Shown piece by piece: positions 11,150 through 20,000 of a stretch of 20,000 bases of DNA. The stretch lies in the NCBI GenBank assembly GCA_021432655.1, contig MU271259.1, positions 96,753-116,752 of the forward strand, given 5' to 3'. The position numbers and the translations under genes were made by a program. This DNA comes from Atractiella rhizophila (lineage: Eukaryota). Under the pieces are notes generated by a model, which saw only the letters and a list, made by a program, of their open reading frames with translations, had not been told where the DNA came from and did no database searches. Position 1 is the stretch's first letter, and every line of letters starts with the position of its first letter.

Positions 11150-11560
11150 GTGTTGACTTGACTAGTTGTTTCTTCTGATCAAACGTCCGCAACGCGTTTT
11201 CGTGAAATGAAGTTGCTTGAAAACAAAATTTTGTCGCCACCGCATTGCCCTGTAATGGCAAACAGACTGCGAAACACGTGACTTTCTCGCATCCCTCCTT
11301 GCTGGAGTATGCCGCAACCTGCAGTTTAGCAAATCTACAAATCGGTACCCTTTCTGTGGAAATCGCGACGGAGCACGATCCGGAGGATGTTTGATCCAGC
11401 TCGCGATTTGAAGTGCAGCAGCCATCCCATGCCACTGCTCCGCAAATGCGGATGAACGGATGAACCAATGCTACCTCTCTGCCTCTTAAATTCGTCGTCA
11501 GTCTCTGATCCTGCTTCATTGAATCCTGTATTCAACCTATAACACCGTCTAGAATAAGAG

Positions 11561-13544
11561 ATGACTGACTTCGATTTCAGCAAGCTTCCTCCGGCTCCTC
11601 AGCGCAAAGATGTCACACCTGGAAAACCGACGGGTATCAAAGTAATTATTGTCGGTGCGGGTAAGCATCCCTATGTCTGATATCACGCTAGCGATATGTC
11701 CTGAGTTAATGTAGGGATCGGAGGGCTTGCTTGCGCTATCGAATGTCGGATAGCTGGGCATGAAGTTGTTTGCATCGATCAAACAAAGGACTTCACGCGA
11801 CTTGGTGACTCGTTAGGAATATTTCCAAATGCTGGAAAGCTGGTCTATCGATGGGGAATCCACGACGAGCTCGATAAGGTCTGTGGACATAGTCCAGGTT
11901 TCAGAATTAAGAAATATTATGGCGAGGAAATTGCCAACTTTGTAAGTGCTTCGCAGCCAATTTCGTTGTTAGTGATATTTGTGAACAGACACCGAAAGGA
12001 CCTTTCAACCCAGCGCACCCTCTTTACGATGCTCACAGAGCTGACATGCACTTGATTTTCTTGGATAGAGCCCGTGAGCTTGGAGCAGAAGTAGGTGCTA
12101 TTTTTTTCACCATAACCGGATCATTTTTTGGCCTGACGTGGTGAAGGTGAGGCAAGGTGTTCGAGTGACTCGATATGAAGATAGGGAAAATGGTGGCGCT
12201 GTCTTTTTGGGCGACGAGAAACTTGAAGGGGACATCATCATAGCGGCAGATGGTGCCTTTCTTTCTTCTTATGCCCAATGAATCTGACAATGGTGGCGTA
12301 GGTGTCAAATCAAAAGGCAGGGAAGCAGTTCTCGGATTCTACGACAAGCCCATTCACAGCGGATACGCCATCTATCGCGCTTTTTACGACTCTGAACATT
12401 TACTAAAGCATGAGGAGCTTCGCCATCTGTGTCCAACGGACGGCAAATTGGTGAGAAACAGTGCTCTTATATCCGCTATTCTTATCAGCGTGATGTAATG
12501 ATGTAGGATGCTCGCACGGCCTGGATAGGTACATATGGCTGCCGTATCAATTGATTAAATTCACTGCATTTGCAGGTCCTGACGTTCACATCATCATCGC
12601 TTCCATCAAAGGCGGAAAAGAGATCAACTGGGTCATGACCCATAAAGGTAAGGTTTTTTCTTCCATTACGGGGCATTTTAAGCGTGCTCTGCTCTAGATG
12701 TCGCGGACGTCGAAGAATCCTGGTCAGCACCGGGAAAAGTTGAAGATGCGCTGAAGGTTGTAGAAGGTTGGGATCCTGTCGTCGTATCCTTCGTCAAGAA
12801 CACGCCACGAGACTCAATTGTCGACTGGAAGCTTGTCTACCGAGACCCATTGCCGACGTGGGTTTCGCCAACTGGGAGATGTGCACTGCTGGGTGATGTG
12901 AGTCTTGTGATTGCTGATGGGTTGGTGCATCTCATGTTTGCAACAGGCAGCACATCCCTTCCTTCCAACATCGCAGCAGGGGGCTTCAATGGCAGTGCGT
13001 AGTTCTCGTGTTAATGTTGTCGTTCTTCTGACGACGATTTGGGCAGGTGGAGGACGCAGCCACAGTAGCTGTTTGCTTGAAACGAGCTGGGAAGGAAAGG
13101 CTCAATGACGCTCTCAAAATTTACGAGACCCTGAGGTATCAGCGAGGTACCTATAATCTCTTGTCGAGATTATTTTGCTAAACTTTTTCCAGTCCTCGAG
13201 GCGCAGAAAAGGGGGGAAGAAGTCCGAGAGCGATGGCACAAAATCACGGATTGGGAACATGTCACTCCGGAGCAGGTTTCCATTGCTCACCCATTGTGGC
13301 TCTTCGACCATGACGCAACGGCCTATGCAGAGGAGAATTTTGATAAGGTGGTCAAGGATCTGTACGTTGGTCTGATTTGTTCAAATGTACGCTGATATGA
13401 CGAGTGATCAGGGAAAAGAATGGGTACAAGATCCCTAACCCACATGAGGAGAAGGCCAGGAACGTTGTCGTCGTCGACAAAGTCAACGAACCTGAGAGAG
13501 CAATATGGAACCGACCTCCTCAAGTTGCGGAGGTAACTGCTTAG
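11561..13544 (+). CDS. FAD-dependent monooxygenase (group A; salicylate hydroxylase / FAD_binding_3-like), ~12 introns
   Basis: Largely missed by the ORF track because exons are short. Spliced product MTDFDF...[18 protein letters not shown] (GxGxxG)...RLGDSLG...HRADMH...[11 protein letters not shown] (DG motif)...SGYAIYRA...WIG|PDVH...ESWSAPG...[13 protein letters not shown]...[24 protein letters not shown] (GD motif)...PQVAEVTA*. Includes a 22-nt exon at 12507-12528. Confidence 0.92.
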
Positions 13545-14477
13545 GGGACATGTCTAGTTATGAATGTTGCTGCAGGTTAATTTCGCACCTTCCCAAGCCA
13601 ACCCTCGATCGCTCGAACTAAAGAGACCTGTGATAATCATGAATATCATCTGTGCAACCATGTCATCCTGATTCCTGGTACTTCTTTGTCTCTTTCAGAA
13701 ATAGGGAATGACTACGGATCTCGAAATCCGTCCCAAACCGTCAACGTTGTCAGCTCTCACCCCGTACCCACACGGGTTTTGCTGTGAGTAGCAAGGGTCC
13801 GCCTACTCACCTATGGATAGGAAGGATGCTGTATTACTAGCTCTAACCGGCTTTTCCAGTTGGTATCAGAATGTGAATGCAGAAGCTGAAAGAGGACCAC
13901 CTCTGGACAGCCTGTCATTAAACAAGTGCCTTCCAGATATCCTCCATCCGTATATATATGTTGTGTAAGGACGACTTCAAGGTATATATCTCGAGGATAG
14001 CAAGTGTGATAGGACGGCCAGCGAACTTCATGTGGGACTGTGAAGGAAAAAAGCAAGTTCGGAAGGTCATCGAAGGAGTTGTGCTTCATCTAAAATAGCA
14101 AAGAAATCAAGTCGAATGAACAGGGACGCCAGTTTTGACACATCCTGAACCGACAGGACGCCGCTGAACATGGAGAAAAGGTCAAGTTGGTGCCGATGAA
14201 GTCTTTCGAGCGCCGCCCAGGAGCGCGCCATCGAAATTATGATGAAGCACAGGCTCCATAAGGTTAGAGAGGGCAGATGGATGCATTGCCCAAATAAAGG
14301 CCAACTCTCCAGAACCACCCGTTTGGATCGTCCTGATTCAGCTTTATTCCCAACCAGTTCCCAGCCGTGTTTCTTATTATCTCCAAAATATTTCGCTTTT
14401 GGCTGCTTTCCAGTTCAATAACTGCGATCTAACCTGATCCAACTAGCTTTGGAGATCTGTAATTCGACCAGGTCAGG

Positions 14478-15793
14478 ATGTTAGAAGCTCAGCCTAGCCA
14501 GGAGCAGGGAGATCGCTTCTTTGCGACTTATCGACCGCCTCAGAAGCTCAAGGATGAGCTAGAAGCTGTAAAAGAGTTCGTTGGATGGAATGTAAGGCAG
14601 GGGAAACGCATCGTGCTTGTCACAGTAAGCTTTGTTGCCTCATCTTTGCCTCTGGGTATGTGTTGAGGCCTTTTTGGTCCAACAGAGTGGAGGAACAACT
14701 GTTCCTCTGGAGAAAAATGTGTGAGAGTTCAGCTCGTTTATCCCTGTCATTCTCCGAGCTTCGATTCCCTTCTTGGGATTCTCCTCACCCATACTGTCCA
14801 GCGTCCGCTTCCTCGACAACTTTTCTGCTGGTACCCGAGGCTCTGCGTCCGCTGAACATTTCTTGAGGACGGGAGCATATGCAGTTGTCTTCATGCACCG
14901 ACAATTCAGTCTGCGACCCTTCGAAAGGCATCTGGGGAATATAATGAATCTGCCTGGTGGGACGGGCATTGGAACCGGCAGTTACATGGGGGGCTGGTTG
15001 GATTTGTTGGAACTGGAAGGCTCCGATGCTAGATATATGCCCAAGATTGGCGGTGCGGCCACTATGACATCTGATGTGAAGGCGCCATCAACTCAATCTG
15101 TTCACCTAAAGAGGGACAAGTTGGATGTTATCTTGCCTATCCTCCAATGTCACCACACGGCGAAGAGTAAGAATCTTCTGCACCTCCTTACCTTTACGAC
15201 AGTCTACGAGTATCTCTATTTACTCCGAGGAGTGAGCCAGATCATGGGAAGTCAAGAAGGACTAGGGAGAAAAGGAATGTTCTATCTTGCCGCAGCTGTC
15301 AGTGACTTTTGGCTGGACGACGCAAACATCGTACGTCTCTCCTGTATGACAAAGATTACTTTCTCAATGTGCTTTAGTCAGAGCATAAAATCCAATCGGG
15401 TCAAACCTCCCGTCTGAATATCGAGATGGAGCAGGTACCTAAAGTCTTGCGGCCCTTAGTGCAAGAGTGGACGTCGGAAGGGTTCATTGTTTCGTTCAAA
15501 GTCTGTTGTCTCAGTCTTCTCCACCAGTTCTAGTACCTCCTGCTGAAACATATCGATAGCTCGAAACAGACCAATCCATCCTTCTTTCGAAAGCGAGAGC
15601 ATCGTTGGAGCGCTACGGTCATCAAGTCGTGATTGCAAATGAGTTACATAACCGGAAGACCGAGGTCACCTTCGTGGAATCCGCACGGGCTGAAAAGCTG
15701 GTCTTAGGAAAAGAAGAAGAAGATGCAGGGATAGAGATCGAAGAGAAGATTGTGGGCAAGCTCATGGAAATGCACGGTGCATGGATTGGGTAG
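14478..15793 (+). CDS. CAB2: Phosphopantothenate--cysteine ligase (PPC synthetase, CoA biosynthesis), 4 introns
   Basis: Motifs IVLVT|SGGTTVPLEKNV|VRFLDNFSAGTRGSASAEHFL, FYLAAAVSDF, EHKIQS, VPKVLRPLV, IVSFK|LETD, YGHQVVIANEL are characteristic of eukaryotic PPCS/Cab2. Confidence 0.95.
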
Positions 15794-15918
15794 AAACAAA
15801 GCAGACGGGGGGAGCGTGGAAAAGCTGTTTTGAATGTAATAATTTGAACTACGCCATTGGTATGCCTTGACCAGATCTTTTCTTCTCTTTTTTCAGCCAG
15901 GAGCAAGTTGGACCCCAA

Positions 15919-16015
15919 AACGCGTCATAGGCACCGCGTACAGTGTTGCACGTGCCGCGCATTGTTCTGCTATCGGAACCAAATATTTGACTGTTGACTT
16001 ATCGCTTCGTCGCGA
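15919..16015. promoter_or_regulatory. CGCG-rich putative Ku80 promoter elements (MCB-like ACGCGT, E-box CACGTG)
   Basis: ACGCGT 15920-15925, CCGCGT 15934-15939, CACGTG 15949-15954 and TCGCGA 16010-16015 within the 271-bp CAB2-KU80 spacer. Function inferred only. Confidence 0.3.
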
Positions 16016-16064
16016 CCACCAACGAAGTCGACAAGGCCGGCAAGTAATAAAGCAGCTAAGGACG

Positions 16065-19000
16065 ATGGGAGCTGTAAGATTCGTGTTTATTTGATTGAAT
16101 CGAAGGACTGAAGGCAATGGGTCGAATAACAGCGCGAAGCTACTGTTTACCTCATAAACTGTTCCCCGTCAATGGGCAAGAAGCGGAAGGTGAAGCAGGG
16201 GATGGGCGAGGATGCGGTGGAAAAGGAAATGTCGAATCTGAAGTGGGTGATGAAATATGTGGAGGTGGTAATTGCTCAACGAGTGCGTGTGTCCTCGCTT
16301 CATTCAGTTTGGGGAAGGGAAGAAGGGAACCTTTACAGTATTTTTATTTTGGAATTCATGCAGATTTTACGAGAGCTCAAGACAGACGAAACTGGGATCA
16401 TGCAATTTGGCCTTAATGCCAAGCGTAAACTTCCTTGCTCCAATGTTGGATCGTGGTTTAATGGTGAATTCAGAGACGCGCAATATTCTTCAGGAAACTG
16501 AAGGTTATGAGGGTATTTTTGAACGCGAAAAAATCAAAATGCCTGATATCAAAACCTTAGAGAGGTACCTCCGCGTTCTCCGCGTTCTCTGATTTTTGTA
16601 TATTTGCTAACTTTTTTGCGACCCAGGCTTGCCAAAGTTGAAGCAGACGAGGATGGAGATCAGGGAGATGGTATGCCCCATTTACTTGTAACCTTAATAG
16701 AGTGCAGTACTCAGTCGCATGGTAGACTTAACGGCTCTAATATGCGCAATTGAAACTCTCACAGACTATGTGGGCACGCACAAAAAGAAGAAAACAATCG
16801 TGATCGTTACCGACGGTTTGTCAGACATTGATGTGAGCCGTCCGCACTTCCGTCAGAGGCATTAATTGTGTGGATACAGTGGAGTGCAGAAGATGTGGTC
16901 GTTAAACAGCTGTTGAAGCATAGTATTGAACTGGTGGTGATGTATGTAATCTTTAACTTCGGACACTTAGCTGATTTTGTTTGCAGCGGGGTCGACTTTG
17001 ACGATCCAGATGTTGGCTTTAAGGAGGAGGATAAGCCAGAATTGAGGGTAGACCACGCCCCATGTTATAATCTGTACTGACTTGTTACAGGCGAAGAATG
17101 AAGATCACTATCGAAATTTGGTTTCTCAGCTGCCGGATTCATTGGTGGCTACAGCTGAGGAAGCCTACATGTCGTCACAAGCACCAAAACCTAAAGTTAC
17201 AGACTCTCGTCCACTTTACGCGACTCTACGACTAGGCGACCCAGAGAAGTATCCTGACGATTCACTCGAGTTGAAACTCTCATACTACAAGGCGACTTCG
17301 AAAGCGACACCATTATCTTGGAAGAAAATGTCAATGAGAGGTTATGGGCAACAAGATACTGATGAGCCTCGAAGTTTCGCTGTGAACAGAGAGACGAAGT
17401 ACTTCTACGCTCCTCAACCTGTCGAGAAGACGATAGAGTCATTGCTTGAAAAGGAGGGAATGGAAGCCATTGAAGAAGAAGACATAATGGAAGCTGAGGC
17501 TGAATCGAAAGAACTGGAAGTGGTTCCTGAGGAGAAGAAGGAGTCTCTGGTAAAGGCGTATAAGTATGGTAGTACACTCGTCCCCTTCCGGGACGAAGAA
17601 GATTTAAATATGCTTCAGCTTCCTGGAGCTCGCGAAGGTATTGAAATAGTAGGATTTATGAAAGAGCGCAGTGTGCGTCTACCTCTCCTGATTTGATTTG
17701 CTCTAACCCTCCAAGACAGCTTGACCGCGCCTTCGCTATGGGAGAAGTGTATCGGTTCTTTGGATCAGATAACTATTCTTCAGTAGCATTTTCAGCCTTT
17801 CTCAATGCACTGAGCGAAGATGGTCGCTGCGCTTTGGTGCGATGGACGAAGAAGTATCGGGATCGGTGCACTGATCCTAAAATTGGTGTGTTACTTCCAA
17901 GAGTTGAGGGAGAACTGGAGTATGCCCTCTACGTTCGAGTAAGCTTTGTTCACAGTCGACACAAAGCACTGAACCCCGGAAAGGTTCCCTTTGCTGAAGA
18001 CGTCAAAAAACACTTCTTCCCCTCGTTGACGACCATCAAGAATCGAGTGGGTGAGGCGCTCACGGAGCACAAATATCTGCCCACTACGGAACAGTGCGAA
18101 ACTATGGATAATTTCGTTCAAGCTATGGATTTGATGGACGCGGATGTGGACGCAGACGGGTATGTATCCAATCTAACTGTCTTTCCAATCAGTAAACGCG
18201 AGAAAAGTGCGGTATGCCCTTGGTTCGATGTCAGTGAATCGTTCAGTCCTTCCATTCACCACGTCAAAAACGCTGTCCTGTATCGACTCGCGAACCCAGA
18301 TGACGAAACCCTTCCAATTGTTCACCCAACTCTTTCCCGTTACTTCAATATTCCCGGACTTGTCGAGGAACGAGCAGACCCTCACCTCCAGAAACTTAAG
18401 GAGTTATTCGAAGTCAAACAAGGTTCACTTCTCTCTCCGTTTGCACTTCTGTATAGCTGATCCTCGCTGTAGTACCTCCAAAGATGTCTGCCACGCGCAA
18501 GAAGGCAAAAGTGAACCAGGAGGTTGATGACGAAGAGATCGACCTCGACGATATCTTGGGAACTGCAGGAGAGGACGAAGATGTTGGGATGCAAGATGTG
18601 TCACAAGTGAAAGCCAATGAGTTGTCAAAAGATGAAGGCCTCATCTCGCTCGACGATCCGATGAAGGATTGGCAAGAAATTGTGCGCTAGTTCTCCGTGT
18701 GCAACCTACCAGTGTTGACAGCAGTTCTAGGTTGGTGCCGGAAAAGGCGATTTGGTTTCTGGCGCCGTGAAATCAATGATGGACGTGATACCAAGAATTG
18801 TCAAGGACGCTTCGCGTAGTGCAGAGGCAATTAATTGTTTGGAAGCCTTGAGGGAAACCTGTGCATCGGTAGCCCCAGTTATTCTCTCTGCTGTCATTCC
18901 CTGACAACTTACCATGCAGGAAGATGAAATAGACACTTTCAACAAGTAAGTCCTTATCTTCCAATCCGTCTTAATACTAACAAGAAGCTATAGTTGGATA

Positions 19001-19217
19001 CCTTCCATGTTGGATAAGCTTCAAACTGAAACGACCGCTACTTCGTTTCTCAAGAAAATGAAGCAGCGAGGGCTTGGTCTTATCACTCGAGATATGGTGA
19101 CGGATGAAGGGAGTAGGGATTCTGCAGCAACAGAGTCAGCTGCAAAGAAAGTACGTCGGCCTCAAACTTCCTCGCGCCATCACTAATCTGCGCCTGCAGT
19201 TTCTCTCCCGAATCTGA
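16065..19217 (+). CDS. KU80: Ku80 (NHEJ DNA end-binding subunit), ~16 introns
   Basis: MGA|REATVYLINCSPSMG (vWA start; intron 16074-16132)...IVIVTDG...GVDFDDPDVGFKEEDK (fungal Ku80 hallmark)...LRLGDP...KAYKYGSTLVP...PFAEDVKKHFFPSL...HKYLPTTEQCETMDNFVQAMDLM...FSPSIHHVKNAV...ISLDDPMKDW...GLITRD...AKK|FLSRI* (TGA 19215-19217). Confidence 0.93.
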
Positions 19218-19641
19218 GAGTCAGCCTGTCATGGAGTTCGCGCAACTTTACAACGTCTTGCACTGTTCTGTCTCATCTTCTTGAGCTTTCATTGAGCAAT
19301 ATATTAAGTACACTATCACGAGCAAGCTTCGAGGATGACTTTCGTGATTCCGAGTTCACGAACGCGTCAGGAGCCTCCATGAGTCACTGCTGCGCAGGAA
19401 GTACATAAACCGCAAGTCATTCGCTTGTTCATTGCCTCCTTTCCACCATCATTTGGCCACCTTCTGCAACAACCGCTTTATACGACTGCTACCCCGATAA
19501 ATCTTTCGAACTTCTGCTGATAGCTTGAGGACTTTAGTCAGGCAAGTCTTTGAGTCTCTGCCAACACTGCGTCCCCAGCTTGGAGCTGACGAACCCTACT
19601 TCCACCCCCAAGTAGTCCTCCCAACACACTCAATCACCATC

Positions 19642-20000
19642 ATGGAATCTTCTGGGCAGAAAGCCTATGTATTCAAGCTCAAACATAATGGAGAAACTAG
19701 GAAATATGGTAAGTTTTCTCATTACCTCTGATAGGGATTTTGGGGCATGGTTGTCGTGAGAGTTACAGTGTGTCTGATGGAAGTACTTCTCCCATTGCAG
19801 GTTATTCCGGGCCATTCCCAACGAAGCCCGTCTATAATGGAATCTTTGATCGCTCTGCCCAGGTATGGACCCCAACCTCTGTCCTGATCATTAAATAACG
19901 ATTTGAAATAGGTGTTCAACATGCCTCCTCGCTCGTTCGATCTCCAATCAATAGCCCTTCCTGAGCTATCGATGAACGATTATTCTGGCTTTGAAGTTCT
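19642..20000 (+). CDS. 5' end of a gene with a PB1-like N-terminus, possibly an NBR1/ZZ-zinc-finger autophagy receptor; runs off window
   Basis: ATG 19642; introns 19709-19800 (GTAAGT..GCAG) and 19863-19911 (GTATGG..ATAG) give MESSGQKAYVFKLKHNGETRKYGYSGPFPTKPVYNGIFDRSAQVFNM...; the FKLKHNGETRK..P..Y..I...VF pattern resembles the beta1-beta2-alpha1 of a PB1 domain. Family assignment is inference. Confidence 0.5.

Noticed and set aside
10839..11519. 226-aa minus-strand ORF
   Set aside because: Antisense to the thiolase 3' exons plus spacer, with no domain-like features.
19206..19217. Ku80 C-terminal tripeptide SRI resembling a PTS1 variant
   Set aside because: Ku80 is a nuclear protein and SRI is a weak, non-canonical signal; likely coincidence.
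19525..19641. Open in-frame extension upstream of ATG 19642 (TTG start in ORF track)
   Set aside because: No AUG; composition looks like a pyrimidine-rich 5'UTR, and the ATG has good context (ATCATGG).
1..20000. CRISPR arrays, tRNA/rRNA genes, transposase or reverse-transcriptase ORFs, prokaryotic operon systems
   Set aside because: None seen by eye; the fragmented ORF track is explained by spliceosomal introns in ordinary fungal genes.

Overview
Compact, intron-rich eukaryotic genomic DNA. A fungus, most likely a basidiomycete, is inferred from the protein motifs and the many ~40-60 nt GT-AG introns. Manual splicing of the ORF fragments gives six well-supported genes: an RWDD2/DUF1115-like protein (+), a DHX57/YLR419W/Ucp12-type DExH RNA helicase (-), a 3-ketoacyl-CoA thiolase (+), a salicylate-hydroxylase-like FAD monooxygenase (+), phosphopantothenoylcysteine synthetase (CAB2/PPCS, +) and Ku80 (+). 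The 5' end of a probable PB1-like (NBR1-type) gene lies at the right edge. The first ~2.3 kb and the 13.6-14.4 kb spacer hold only broken, gene-like remnants. I found no tRNA, rRNA, CRISPR array or intact transposon, and no convincing novel multi-gene system. The best leads are a TAGCAG tandem acceptor that would toggle between Ser and a stop codon, two probable GC-AG introns, a thiolase with no recognisable peroxisomal signal next to an aromatic-type monooxygenase, and recurring MCB/SCB-like motifs in intergenic spacers. All family assignments come from motif recognition, not database searches.
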